A stretch of DNA of 64,000 nt from Nitrospinaceae bacterium. GTDB taxonomy: Bacteria > Nitrospinota > Nitrospinia > Nitrospinales > Nitrospinaceae. The stretch spans positions 2,208,001 through 2,272,000 of the forward strand of contig OZ245011.1 in the NCBI GenBank assembly GCA_965223665.1, written 5' to 3'. Both the position numbers and the translations under genes were made by a program. Every line of letters begins with the position of its first letter. Position 1 is the first letter of the stretch. The notes below the pieces were generated by a model that made no database searches, was not told the DNA's origin, and saw only the letters and a list, made by a program, of their open reading frames with translations. Below are positions 49,249 to 59,565 of the stretch, one piece after another.

Positions 49249-50517
49249 TTATTGAGAGTTTTTGAGTTTTGCTTTAAAACAACTCACCCCGGCGGGCGCA
49301 CCACGGGTAAGTTCCTGGTTATCTAATTCCACATAGTTTTCATGAAACAATTCCAAAGTGTTTTCCCCATCTCTTTGCATTTGCCCCAGCTGCCGGACAA
49401 AGTCTGAAACCGGATCCACAAGCACCACCGTTTTTCCGGTGAGGTCGTTATTCATGAACGGATGTGGGATTAAGTTCATATCTGCATTTTTGATGGAATG
49501 ATTGATTTCCACCCAATCAAACTTTTCATCCTTTGCCAACAATCCCCCATTGACCAGGCGATCAAGCAATAGAGGTGCGTTCTTGGTTTCTTCCAATGTG
49601 GGTTTGTTCTCATACTGTTTAATAAATTTCTTTTTGGTGATTGGATCGATTCGGTCCGGACGGATTTTTGTCGGGCCATTGTTGGCCCACGGTGGTTCCG
49701 GAGCGTGGTACATGGCTTCGATCTTTCCCGATCCGTTTTCGACCAGGGCAAATAAAAACCCATGCACGTCGCCATCGTTTTGACTTAATTGATAAGGTGG
49801 GGACGCTTGAATGTAACGCTGTTGAGCATCGGCCGTACCTACTGTGCCGCCCTGATAATCAATATACATATTGATCAAGGTCGTATAAGTCGATGGCAAA
49901 ATTGCTAGAGAACCACTCAATTTTGCATTCACCGGTTGAGTGTTAATACTGTGTTTAATTTGCGGATAAAATCCATATTCTCCACCGGGCAGGGTTAAAT
50001 TAACACCCGGCAACCCCAGAAACCCGGTTGATACTTCACCGATGGCCGTTTTTAAAGAGTTTTGATTTACGCTATCCGCCGGTGGAATGAGATCGTCCCA
50101 CACCGGGGTTTGATTGGGACCCGCGCTTTTTAAAATTTGCCCAGCCACACCGGCACCTAAATCGATGGGAACTCCATTGAGATCGTAAACTAAAACACCA
50201 CCCCCCGTTCCATGCGCGATTTTTGCTAACGTGACCGCATCATCCAGGATCAAAACGGTGGTAATGATTCCATTTTGATTCGGTAATAGATTTAAATAAT
50301 CCGCATCAAGAGTCCCAACTTTATTCCAAGCGGTATTCGCTCCATTACGTTTCCAGAGTTCATTGACGTTTCTATTTCGCCACCACATACCCGGATAAGC
50401 CGGGTTGGGCTCATCTGTCCCATCAAACATTGTCACCAAGGCGTCGTTGATATCATTATTTTGCTGACGGAAAAGTGCCCGGGAAATATTTTGAATAAAC
50501 ATGTTTGGCGTGGTCAT
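49249..50517 (-). CDS. Tail fibre protein
   Basis: DINDAL...F.G..EP...YPGMWW attachment motif; follows the tail tip gene. Confidence 0.8.
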   Translation of the reverse strand: MTTPNMFIQNISRALFRQQNNDINDALVTMFDGTDEPNPAYPGMWWRNRNVNELWKRNGANTAWNKVGTLDADYLNLLPNQNGIITTVLILDDAVTLAKIAHGTGGGVLVYDLNGVPIDLGAGVAGQILKSAGPNQTPVWDDLIPPADSVNQNSLKTAIGEVSTGFLGLPGVNLTLPGGEYGFYPQIKHSINTQPVNAKLSGSLAILPSTYTTLINMYIDYQGGTVGTADAQQRYIQASPPYQLSQNDGDVHGFLFALVENGSGKIEAMYHAPEPPWANNGPTKIRPDRIDPITKKKFIKQYENKPTLEETKNAPLLLDRLVNGGLLAKDEKFDWVEINHSIKNADMNLIPHPFMNNDLTGKTVVLVDPVSDFVRQLGQMQRDGENTLELFHENYVELDNQELTRGAPAGVSCFKAKLKNSQ

Positions 50518-53500
50518 TAAAATCCCTCCACGTGATAATTAAATGATTTTTGGATACTAACCTGGCTTGAATCAAAAAACTGGACAGTGAACCCACTGTT
50601 GGTGGCGTTGGTAATTTGGTAAGTGTCACCGCTGCTATTGTCATAAGTGAGCACCGCGAAATTAGGCTCTACATAAAAGGGCCGATCAAAATTAAACGAT
50701 GTTCCCCCGACCTGTGCGGTAAGACCTTTTTTGGTTTCAGTCCGCTTCTTTAAATAGACATGCTGCTTTAAAACGGACACACTGACGTTTTGGTCCACGG
50801 CGTTGGAAATGAGTAACATTCGGGTTTGAATGGCCCTGGCTTTAAAGTCGCTGACCAGGAAGTTTTGCCATGCCGACCATACCGGACTGGCTCCGGGATC
50901 GTCCTCCGTGTAGTGGAATTGCATTTGAATGTTGGCTCGATCCGCGTCTTCCCCATCCCATAATTCGGGACTGTCGACCAAATCTTCCGAATCTATCAAA
51001 TCGCTTTGTAAAAAAGTGACGGCATCAATTTCGAACGCCAGGCGAATGTTTTCATACACGTTCCCTAAGTCCACCACACCTTGAAAATCGTAAGTGGCCA
51101 GCGGGATCACTTCGCTATTCCCATCGAGATCAATTTCCAACTTGGTGGCGTTGACACTGCAATCGGTTTTGGTTCCAAGGAACCCTCCTCCGGATTCATC
51201 ACTTTCCACGGCCAGGTGGAGAAAAGGAATTTCCCCGGTTTGAGAAACCGCAGCGGCCGCATTGACGGAAGCGTTCCCACCCAAATCGATCGCTTTCACT
51301 AAATAAGTTCCGGGTAAAAGGGGCAAGGTCACCTGTGTGTTGTCGGGTGGAACTTCCGGACCAATATCCACGGCCGACGCCCAGGTGGCGCCGGATGTTT
51401 TAGAGGAATGGCGAACGCGGATCCTTCCCCCGTTGGTGACATCGATGTCCGTTACCGGATCCCAACTGAGCACCACACTATGATCGATAATATTCAACGT
51501 GAGGTTTTGAATATCATCGGGTGGTGTGGATCCTCCAATCACTAAATGGTTATTGATTTTACTAAATGGGCTGAACGTTTCGTCTTCATACTTAAACCGC
51601 AAATGGATATCATAAACTTCCTTCTCCATAATATTTCGAATACTGATTTCCCGGGCGTCCGGAGCCACCGGCGGAATCCAGTCCCATCGACCGTTGGTCC
51701 CTGCAGGTCGGATCCTTCCTTCAATGGCCGTAGCATTCGATGGAATATTTTGGGTAAGAGATAAGGAAATCACGATGCGTGGTTCTAAAATACCGGTGGG
51801 TCCAATTTCCATTACCGTTTCATCACTTTTCACCTGGGCGACAAAAGGTTCAGTTAAGACTTGCTCCGGAGTGATTTGGCTATTGTGATCGGGAATCACT
51901 CCACTATCGGCATCCTGAATGGCCGGCGCATGATCCACACACACAAGCCTGGCATTCTTTCCCCCAAGCGGTTGGATCTCTTTGATCAAAAGTTCCACTG
52001 TTTCGGATCCAGTTTGACCAAATGCAACCAGGTCCCCCACCTTGGGAGCATTGGCAATAGGTACCAGGGGCGAAAGGTTCACGGTTTTAGAGGTCCCGGG
52101 AACAGTGGATAAACCCAAATTGACCTGGGTGTTGTCTTCCAACCTTCCACGAATTGAATAATTTTTTCCCGTGAGCATGGTCATTTCCTCATCGAGCACA
52201 ATTTGAGTTACATTGACCGTGTCATCGATGACCTGTTTCACCCGACCCTGGGCAATTCCCCAAAGCGGAACATCATGAACGGCTCGAATGAGATCACCCC
52301 GACGGCAAACCAGGTTTTCCACGTCTGCAGAAAAAGTATAAATCTCCGGCCGCAATCTCAAAGTGGCTATGTGATATCGGGCAAGCTTCCAAATTTGTTC
52401 CGGATTGGTCACGCCCGTGAATTCCATGGTGGCAAACTTCGTGGCGTTGGTTTCGTCGAACCCGTCGTCGTAAACAATCCGTTCGTCCTGGGTAAATTCT
52501 TTTTCTTCATTGATAAAACGAACGCGAAAGCCATGGGGTTTATCACTGTAGACAATCTTTCCGCTAAAGCTTCCCTTTAACATATTGCGCGGGGTGAACA
52601 TTTGACACGGAGTGGTTTGGGGCTGGTCAATGACCACACTCCATTTCCCATCACGGTTCGTGGGTGATGCACGGCCAGCGGCCAGGATATCGCGAACCAT
52701 TTCTCCTACGCTCGATTGGAAATCCACCACAATGTTGAAAGTGAATCCTTTGGCCACACAATAATCGTGAAACGCTTGCAGACCTGGAATATCCACACGG
52801 GTGTCGGGTAAGGGAGAATCGTCCCCCGGGAACTGCCAAACGTGGCGAGCCAATGCACTTGGGTTATTACTCACTTGCTCCACCCAGGCGGATCCATTCC
52901 AGTCCTTCACAATGGATTTCACGGTGGCGCTGTATTTATCGATCACGCCCGAAAGTTGGTCGGTAGCACGGATGCGCAAAGCCGTGGCGGCAACGGGTTT
53001 ATGGAATTGAATCGGGTTTTCGTTGGTAAAGGTGCGGAGCGCAGTCCACATGGCCACACCTGGGTGGAGATTGACATCGGTGGGATCGGGCGTGATCCTG
53101 CGGATCCGTATATCGTATTGACCGCGGCTCGGCATTTTAATCCGTTGCCCTTTACGAAACAGAGTCACTTGATTAGCGGCCACGGCTAAATTTGGATGCT
53201 GGGTCCAGGTTCCGGCGCCGGTGGGACTGGTTTCGATTTCAAATTCTATTTCCGTTAAAGCGGCCGGGTGAAACTTTAGAAACCCAAATTCCATTTGGAT
53301 CCCGCGCGGAAAGGTGAGGTCAAAAGAGATTTCATCACAATCGGGTTGGGTGGTGCGAAGGATCCAATCGTCCACCTGGTGGACGGTAATTTGTAACGCT
53401 TCCTCAAAGACCTGGTCCGGGAATAGGGTGAGGGCTGGATCCGAGTCGAATCCCTGGACCGTTTCGATTTCCACATCTTCAAATTCGTTAATGTCCGTTT

Positions 53501-54182
53501 GCCCGATTTTATGATTGGAAATGTCCAGTGGTCCGTACCCCCAAATCAAAAGCATTCGGAAATATTGATCATCGCCTACGATCTCGGTATAGGTCTTGGC
53601 TCCCAACGGAGGGAAATGGCGATGTTCCCCCAAGACGACAGGAATGGGACCAAACGGAGTTTCAAAATTCCCGGCTCCGGAAATGGAATTACTTTTTTTA
53701 CTGGTACCGGTGAGGGTGTCCAGTTTTGGCCGTGAAGGTGGAATGATGGCGTTGAGTAACAGTTGCCCTCCGATACCGACTGCAGCGGTGATACCGGCGG
53801 ACACTAAAGAAAAAGCGGTGGATCCTTTTACTAAACCCAAAGCCCCTGCAGCGGCCGGACCGGCAAACGCAGCAGCCGCAATGATCGCGATGGATAGAAC
53901 GGTTCGGAGCGGGTCTTTCCCTTCCCCTCCGGAAGGAACCACGCGGATAGTCAGGGTCATTCCCGGCTTGGGTTTCACCTGGCCCCAATAATCCTGAGGA
54001 ATGTATTGATCACCTACAAATATATGGGCATGGCGCCGCAATACCGGGTCCGCTTGCACCCGGGCTAAAATTTCTAACACGGTCAACCCGGCGGGTAAAG
54101 TTAAATCGTTACGTTCCACCTTGAATGGATGCGGACAGGAAAAAACCTGTATCGATCCTTTTTCAGGCGCTAAGACTTCCAT
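50517..54182 (-). CDS. Tail tip / host-specificity protein (lambda J-like, with I-like N-terminus)
   Basis: P.GPIPVVLG, GYGPL, GQYDIRIRR, SNNP, FN3-like C-terminal domains. Confidence 0.9.
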   Translation of the reverse strand: MEVLAPEKGSIQVFSCPHPFKVERNDLTLPAGLTVLEILARVQADPVLRRHAHIFVGDQYIPQDYWGQVKPKPGMTLTIRVVPSGGEGKDPLRTVLSIAIIAAAAFAGPAAAGALGLVKGSTAFSLVSAGITAAVGIGGQLLLNAIIPPSRPKLDTLTGTSKKSNSISGAGNFETPFGPIPVVLGEHRHFPPLGAKTYTEIVGDDQYFRMLLIWGYGPLDISNHKIGQTDINEFEDVEIETVQGFDSDPALTLFPDQVFEEALQITVHQVDDWILRTTQPDCDEISFDLTFPRGIQMEFGFLKFHPAALTEIEFEIETSPTGAGTWTQHPNLAVAANQVTLFRKGQRIKMPSRGQYDIRIRRITPDPTDVNLHPGVAMWTALRTFTNENPIQFHKPVAATALRIRATDQLSGVIDKYSATVKSIVKDWNGSAWVEQVSNNPSALARHVWQFPGDDSPLPDTRVDIPGLQAFHDYCVAKGFTFNIVVDFQSSVGEMVRDILAAGRASPTNRDGKWSVVIDQPQTTPCQMFTPRNMLKGSFSGKIVYSDKPHGFRVRFINEEKEFTQDERIVYDDGFDETNATKFATMEFTGVTNPEQIWKLARYHIATLRLRPEIYTFSADVENLVCRRGDLIRAVHDVPLWGIAQGRVKQVIDDTVNVTQIVLDEEMTMLTGKNYSIRGRLEDNTQVNLGLSTVPGTSKTVNLSPLVPIANAPKVGDLVAFGQTGSETVELLIKEIQPLGGKNARLVCVDHAPAIQDADSGVIPDHNSQITPEQVLTEPFVAQVKSDETVMEIGPTGILEPRIVISLSLTQNIPSNATAIEGRIRPAGTNGRWDWIPPVAPDAREISIRNIMEKEVYDIHLRFKYEDETFSPFSKINNHLVIGGSTPPDDIQNLTLNIIDHSVVLSWDPVTDIDVTNGGRIRVRHSSKTSGATWASAVDIGPEVPPDNTQVTLPLLPGTYLVKAIDLGGNASVNAAAAVSQTGEIPFLHLAVESDESGGGFLGTKTDCSVNATKLEIDLDGNSEVIPLATYDFQGVVDLGNVYENIRLAFEIDAVTFLQSDLIDSEDLVDSPELWDGEDADRANIQMQFHYTEDDPGASPVWSAWQNFLVSDFKARAIQTRMLLISNAVDQNVSVSVLKQHVYLKKRTETKKGLTAQVGGTSFNFDRPFYVEPNFAVLTYDNSSGDTYQITNATNSGFTVQFFDSSQVSIQKSFNYHVEGF

Positions 54183-54660
54183 CTAGTAACCTTTCATGGC
54201 GGTAAAAATTAACGATCCGGTTTTTAAACAAGCGTTGATGATAATTGGCAATACTGGAATCGATTCCTGATTCCGTATGAATCAGAAACCCTGGCGCAAG
54301 GATCAAACCAACGTGCATGTCAGCTGCCATCCACTTGCCTTCCACTTTGTAATACCCTTTCATAAAGGCCACATCCCCCAGGCGCTCTTTACCGTATGGG
54401 ATCAAGTTCCATTCCGGATTGTGCAAACAGTTGTCGGTCAATGTGGCTTGAACTTCTTTTCCGGATTTAGCCGATTCGTAGGTGGTTAAATAATCGGGAA
54501 GTTCGAGTCCAAATTGCTCTTTCCAAATCAACCGACACAGGCCGTAACAGTCGCAGCCGTCGCGACCGCGGCCACGCTCTTTAAATGGGATACCGATATA
54601 TTGTTCTACCCAATCAGAATATACCGACCCGGTTTTCCATCCATAAAGTTCCATAATCAA
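54163..54660 (-). CDS. NlpC/P60 tail assembly protein (K-like)
   Basis: YIGIPF...GR...GCDCYGL...HVGL...FLIH. Confidence 0.9.
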   Translation of the reverse strand: MIMELYGWKTGSVYSDWVEQYIGIPFKERGRGRDGCDCYGLCRLIWKEQFGLELPDYLTTYESAKSGKEVQATLTDNCLHNPEWNLIPYGKERLGDVAFMKGYYKVEGKWMAADMHVGLILAPGFLIHTESGIDSSIANYHQRLFKNRIVNFYRHERLLDGSLSA

Positions 54661-55133
54661 AACAGCGCGGGAAACCCACTTGGCACAAACGCATGGGGCG
54701 GGAACGGTTTGGATTCCAAATGCTCCACCGATAATTCACCCGTAACCACCAATTGGTTGTAATCCGCTTCCTTCAATTTAAAATCCGGTAAAGACATTTC
54801 GACCGTATCCGGTGTGCTGGCCAAAACGATTTCGATCAACACGTCCACCGCCGAGGTGATACTGCGCAAGGCCTGGACGATTTGTCGATCGACGTTTCCG
54901 ATCGTGAGCGTGGCCACCGGCGGCCGGTCTTCACTTTCGTTGGGTAATGGCAATTCAAACGGGAAGGCCTGGAACGTGTTCCCGTTGGAAACCAGGTTCA
55001 CCTTGTCATCACAAACGCGAATCGGTTCGGCCAAATCGGCATGTGAAAGAGTGAGCAAGGTAATAAACGCCTCTTTGGTTTCCTGGGCCGTGACGGCCTT
55101 CATTGCATTGGTTGAAAAACTTCTTCCCGTCAT
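54657..55133 (-). CDS. DUF1833-like minor tail protein
   Basis: LLTLSH...PIR...F.AFPF...LP...L.I.NV...PD.VE. Confidence 0.85.
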   Translation of the reverse strand: MTGRSFSTNAMKAVTAQETKEAFITLLTLSHADLAEPIRVCDDKVNLVSNGNTFQAFPFELPLPNESEDRPPVATLTIGNVDRQIVQALRSITSAVDVLIEIVLASTPDTVEMSLPDFKLKEADYNQLVVTGELSVEHLESKPFPPHAFVPSGFPALF

Positions 55134-55480
55134 GGCAAAATTAAAAGTTGTAAGTTCACTTGATAGTTATCTGCTCCCAAAGCCGAATACTGCGGCGGCT
55201 CGGCAAATCTAAAGTTTTCCAAGTTTTCCCCTGGGCGTTGCCATTCAAAGGACAAAGAACCACCACCCAACGTGGTTCGATAGAACGTTCTCAACGTGGC
55301 CTTTTGGGCAGCGGTTAAATTCATCGATCCGGAAATAGGTTGTTCTGCAGCGGTGAACCGTTGCCGACTTTTTCGCGGGCCCGTATCCATTTCCGTTTGG
55401 ATAGAGGTTTCGGGTTCGCTTTCCGAAAAACTACCGACTAAAAAATCCTGCGGTAAAGTGGCAGGCCAAACGTCCGGCAT
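55130..55480 (-). CDS. Distal tail / minor tail protein
   Basis: WP.TLP...TEMD.G..K.R.RFT...FY..TL..G...F.W. Confidence 0.85.
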   Translation of the reverse strand: MPDVWPATLPQDFLVGSFSESEPETSIQTEMDTGPRKSRQRFTAAEQPISGSMNLTAAQKATLRTFYRTTLGGGSLSFEWQRPGENLENFRFAEPPQYSALGADNYQVNLQLLILP

Positions 55481-55483
55481 GAC

Positions 55484-57682
55484 TTATCCCCTTTGCACGG
55501 CGGGACTCAACCCGAATTGAGTTAATAATTCATTGCGAGTGGCACCGCCCTGGCGAATCTTTTTGGCCACGGTTTGATCGATCATGATTTCTAAATCCAT
55601 TCCGCCCTGGCCATTCGGTCGTTGCTCGGCCTGGACATTGGCGTTGCTGTTATTACTGATAAACACATTGAACTGAATTCCGTTACCACCTTGACGGCCT
55701 AAAGGTTCCACCGTGATGCGTTCGCCACGGGTAACGGGAAAGGAAGCGATATTTTGGTCGGTGCCTCCGGTGCCACCGGCAATAAACGACCCGCCACTGG
55801 CAAAGCCCGGACCTAAGAATCCGGCGCGGGGCGTCACTCCGGGAATCGTCGGCGGTAGGGTCGGTAGAAATAAACTTGTGGCCAGCTGGCCAAAAATCCC
55901 AAGTAATCCGGATCCTGAATTTTCCCCGTTGCCAAAGGAACCTATGGAAAGATTGATTAATTGACTGAGGGCGTTATCGACAAAGCTGTCAACCACCCCT
56001 TCAAAACTTTTGAGTTCGACCTTGCCGGTTTTAATAAAACCCTTGATGGCATTGCCCGCGTTACTGGCGAAGGATTCGAAGGCAGAAACCATCGTGTCTT
56101 TCGCTGCCATGACCGGCTGTACCATGACCGTGTCGAGCCGGTTAAATTCCGCTCCCACGTCGTCGACCAAATCGGGAATGATAGAATTACCAACTACCTT
56201 GTCATATAGATCCGTAAAAAATCCGGTAATTTTATTTAACTTTTCTTTGATGCCATCGACAATGGCATTGAATTTATCGACCAACCAGGTTTTGATGACC
56301 TCAACCGTTATCCTGACAATATTTTTGATATCGTCACCCCAAATTTTCCAAGCGGCCACAATAGCAACGGCGGCGGCAATGAATAACCCGATAGGACCGG
56401 TGGCGGCAATTAACGCAGTCATACTACTGCCTATGGTTCCCAATGCGGTGATGGTTGCGCCTAAGGCTATGGCAAGCGGTCCGATGGCAATGGCAGCGCC
56501 GCCGATAATAGTCCCCCATTTAAGAATGGTAGGATTGACCTTTGTTAATTGCCGAAATAACCCCGCGATGTCTTTAACCAAGTCGGTGGCAAATTTTAGT
56601 AAACCGGAATCGGCGATGGCGAGTTGTGCGCCTTCTAATGCAGATTTAAATTCCCTTAGCGCTCCGTTAAATCCTTTCATTTGGACGGCGGCCACCTCAG
56701 CGGCCCTTCCATCGGAATCTTTTAACCGATCATTAAATTTTTTAAATTTTTCTGATCCTTGCCCCAACAATCCTGCAAACGCTACTGCCGACCTTTTGTC
56801 AACTATGGTGGATATCCCACCAATATCGTCTTTGAATGGCTCTAATCGTTTGACTAATTCAAATAAAGAAACAAGACGTCCTTTACTGTCGGTTAGTTCA
56901 ACCCCCCATCTTTGGAGAGTTTCTCTTGCAGCTTTAGTCGGTGCCAATATACGGATGATTCCAGTTCGTAAAGCGGCACCGGCCCGTTCTGCCTGCAGAC
57001 CGGCATTCCCCATTAAACTTATTGCAGTGGTAGTTTCTCTAAAATCAGTTCCCGCCGCTGCAGCTACCGGACTAGCAAAACTCATAGCATCGCCTAATTG
57101 CTCTAAATTGGTATTGGCACCGGTAAATGAAGAAACAAGGGAATCCACTGCGGGCGCCAAAAACCTTATATCTTTACGAAACCCGGTTAATATATTTGTG
57201 ACAATATCAGCAGATCGTCCCAAATCAATTTGGGCAGAGGACGCGAGTTTTAGGGTTTCCGGAATGGCGGCAAATACTTTATTTGCATCGAACCCCGCCA
57301 TGGCCAGAAAGTTTTGCGCGTCTGCCACTTGGGTTGCAGTGAATTGGGTGGTGGAACCTAAGTCCTTTGCCTGTTTACGAAGTTTCTTAAATTGTTCTTC
57401 ACTCGCTTCGGAAACCACTCGAACCTGGTTCATCTTAGCTTCGAAATCTCCGGCGGCTTTAAGGGTTAGCGCCCCAAAAATACCGGCGGGAACCGATGCC
57501 TTTGCAGTGAACGATTTTCCAAATGAATTAATTGAATTTCCGATTTTCTGGAATCGTTTTCCGACCTTGTCCCCGGTTTTTCCCAAATCGTTCAACCCTT
57601 TTTTGACCTGACTGAACGCTTCCTGGGTTTTATTTTGCGCCCGAATCTTAAAAGTGGCTTCGGGTTGATTGTTTAAAGGCAT
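55484..57682 (-). CDS. Tail tape measure protein (TP901-like core)
   Basis: A.DLGSTTQFTA..VA....FLAMAGF; ANTNLEQLG.AM. Confidence 0.93.
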   Translation of the reverse strand: MPLNNQPEATFKIRAQNKTQEAFSQVKKGLNDLGKTGDKVGKRFQKIGNSINSFGKSFTAKASVPAGIFGALTLKAAGDFEAKMNQVRVVSEASEEQFKKLRKQAKDLGSTTQFTATQVADAQNFLAMAGFDANKVFAAIPETLKLASSAQIDLGRSADIVTNILTGFRKDIRFLAPAVDSLVSSFTGANTNLEQLGDAMSFASPVAAAAGTDFRETTTAISLMGNAGLQAERAGAALRTGIIRILAPTKAARETLQRWGVELTDSKGRLVSLFELVKRLEPFKDDIGGISTIVDKRSAVAFAGLLGQGSEKFKKFNDRLKDSDGRAAEVAAVQMKGFNGALREFKSALEGAQLAIADSGLLKFATDLVKDIAGLFRQLTKVNPTILKWGTIIGGAAIAIGPLAIALGATITALGTIGSSMTALIAATGPIGLFIAAAVAIVAAWKIWGDDIKNIVRITVEVIKTWLVDKFNAIVDGIKEKLNKITGFFTDLYDKVVGNSIIPDLVDDVGAEFNRLDTVMVQPVMAAKDTMVSAFESFASNAGNAIKGFIKTGKVELKSFEGVVDSFVDNALSQLINLSIGSFGNGENSGSGLLGIFGQLATSLFLPTLPPTIPGVTPRAGFLGPGFASGGSFIAGGTGGTDQNIASFPVTRGERITVEPLGRQGGNGIQFNVFISNNSNANVQAEQRPNGQGGMDLEIMIDQTVAKKIRQGGATRNELLTQFGLSPAVQRG

Positions 57683-57683
57683 A

Positions 57684-57839
57684 TCAAGACCTTTTCATTT
57701 TTTCGGTTCTGAATTTAAAATAAGCCATCCAATAATTAAATTCGGATGCGGTCATGAGGCTTAATTCCTCGATCGTTTTCCCCAGTGTTTCAGCGAGGAA
57801 AAACATGTTGTAGAGTTCCACATCCGTTTTTACTTTTCC
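57684..57839 (-). CDS. gpT-like tail chaperone extension reached by a -1 frameshift
   Basis: G GAA AAG just before TAA; -1 frame reads KVKTDVELYNMFFLAETLGKTIEELSLMTASEFNYWMAYF...*. Confidence 0.8.
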   Translation of the reverse strand, partial: GKVKTDVELYNMFFLAETLGKTIEELSLMTASEFNYWMAYFKFRTEKMKRS

Positions 57840-58177
57840 TCTACTTCATCCTCATTATTTCTATCAATGCCAATAATTTTTGCGGCCAACTGAGCAATAA
57901 TGTCGGGATCTGCTTTGCGCAAAAGTTTTGGTTTATCCTGTACGGAAAATAAAGGATTCAAATCTTTATCCATGGCTTTCATGATCAAACAATCAACCAT
58001 AGCGATCACTTCTCCCGATTTGATCGCTGTCTTTTTTAATTTTGATTGCTCATTAATATTGATCGGGGTGAAATGAATGATTAGCGGTTCGTTTTCATTG
58101 GGTCCCCATTCGGGAACCTCAATGGTTTGAACCCCCTTCGAATCAAAATGTGAAAAAATATTTTCTAAAACACTCAT
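57830..58177 (-). CDS. Tail assembly chaperone (gpG-like)
   Basis: Position between tube and tape measure; IEVPEWG motif. Confidence 0.85.
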   Translation of the reverse strand: MSVLENIFSHFDSKGVQTIEVPEWGPNENEPLIIHFTPININEQSKLKKTAIKSGEVIAMVDCLIMKAMDKDLNPLFSVQDKPKLLRKADPDIIAQLAAKIIGIDRNNEDEVEEK

Positions 58178-58211
58178 AAAAAATTCCTTTTGAATTTATT
58201 TAAAAATCAAA

Positions 58212-58601
58212 TTAAGCGACGGTTTGTTCGGCCAAGGCCCCGTTGCCTTCAAAACTGAAAGAGGCTTCTACCATCCCATCGACACCGGCACTCTTATTAA
58301 TATTGCTGACAATTGCTTGGCCTTGAAAGTAAGTGTCACCGGTAGCATCACCTTCGGGATATAAATCGAGAGTCACTTCGGCCCCTAAGATCAAAGCCCC
58401 CTGGCCATTGGTATCGGATTCATCCCAAAAACATTCCAACGACCCTTTCCATTCCTTGGTCCCGGATTTTTTGGTTTTCCAATCATCCTTGAGTTCCGTG
58501 TCGTCAATAATGTTGACACTTTCTTCCATATTCCAGTTTTTAACCTCTGCAATTGTATTGGCGCCAATTTTGACGCACCCTTCGCTGCCTTTATGATTCA
58601 T
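58212..58601 (-). CDS. Major tail tube protein
   Basis: W......G.K.W.GS.E.FWD..D..GQ...SF.F.G.GAL. Confidence 0.88.
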   Translation of the reverse strand: MNHKGSEGCVKIGANTIAEVKNWNMEESVNIIDDTELKDDWKTKKSGTKEWKGSLECFWDESDTNGQGALILGAEVTLDLYPEGDATGDTYFQGQAIVSNINKSAGVDGMVEASFSFEGNGALAEQTVA

Positions 58602-58770
58602 TTTCGGTTTCTCCTTTCTCTAAAGGGGTGGAGGGTGGGGAAGGTTCAAATGCTCCCTTCTCTTTCCACCCTTTTCGTTTGAGTAATTCCGCCTGTGCCC
58701 GGTTGACTTGTATCGGTTTATCGTTCGGGTTGTTGGATGGCGGGTACAGTTCCACCATTGGGTTTCCCAT
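58591..58770 (-). CDS. 59-aa phage protein missed by the ORF track
   Basis: AAAGGA RBS; MGNPMVELYPP...LLKRKGWKE...ENES*; fills the operon gap. Confidence 0.6.
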   Translation of the reverse strand: MGNPMVELYPPSNNPNDKPIQVNRAQAELLKRKGWKEKGAFEPSPPSTPLEKGETENES

Positions 58771-58783
58771 TTTGGTTTCCTTT

Positions 58784-59254
58784 CTAAATCATTTGATCGG
58801 GAACACCTTCCCGAGTGCGGTATTGGACCACCCAGGTCATGACACCGGCGATCGCCTTTTTCTCACCCTCGACAACCTCTTTGGATCCGCCGTCCGCAAA
58901 AAAATCTTTTACGTTCCGTGTATTCATTAAATCTTGAACCAAACCGTTCAAGGTGACGTCTGCTTCCAACTTGGGAATAATTTCCTTAAACACAGCACTC
59001 ACTAAATCTTCCACCGCACCAGTATTTTTGATTAACACCTCGATTCGAACCTCTAACACGTGAGTTTTCCCCCTGGGCCGGGTTTGCGTATCGAGTTCCA
59101 TATTTTCCTGGCCGGTATAAACCAAAATGGCCTGGGGAATATCCACCGACATCGGGTAATATCGATGGGGATAAACATCATTGGTGATCAAAGGGATTTC
59201 ACGAAGTTTGTTAACGATCGCGTCACGGACTTGTTGTTCTGCAACGTCTGCCAT
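58784..59254 (-). CDS. Tail terminator-like protein
   Basis: Synteny between head-tail joining and tube genes; V.YRT C-terminus. Confidence 0.75.
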   Translation of the reverse strand: MADVAEQQVRDAIVNKLREIPLITNDVYPHRYYPMSVDIPQAILVYTGQENMELDTQTRPRGKTHVLEVRIEVLIKNTGAVEDLVSAVFKEIIPKLEADVTLNGLVQDLMNTRNVKDFFADGGSKEVVEGEKKAIAGVMTWVVQYRTREGVPDQMI

Positions 59255-59557
59255 TTACTTTTCCTCAAGCTTTATTAAAACCATTCCCGTTCCATCCGGT
59301 TGAACACCCACCACGCTATAAGCTTTTCCGCTAAGGGTTAACGTGTCGCCTTGCCTGGCGCCAATCAGGTCGCACTCTTTCCCAAGGAACATTGGCTGGT
59401 TCCCCTCCATCCCAGCCGTTCCGACATCTAGATCGAGATACGCATGATCAAAGATTCCCTCGATCGTTTTCACTTGCCCGGACTGCCAGGTATAAACAGC
59501 GCATCCGGCAAAATCATCCGGGTTCGTGAAGGAATCAAAGTTTTCCTGAAAAGGCAT
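59255..59557 (-). CDS. Head-tail joining protein
   Basis: GIFD...GDTL...Y.V..VQPDGTG...I.L. Confidence 0.85.
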   Translation of the reverse strand: MPFQENFDSFTNPDDFAGCAVYTWQSGQVKTIEGIFDHAYLDLDVGTAGMEGNQPMFLGKECDLIGARQGDTLTLSGKAYSVVGVQPDGTGMVLIKLEEK

Positions 59558-59565
59558 AGCGTTCC

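Noticed and set aside
56010-57611. 533-aa plus-strand ORF
   Set aside because: Antisense shadow of the tape measure gene; similar shadows lie opposite the TPR, fibre and surface-protein genes
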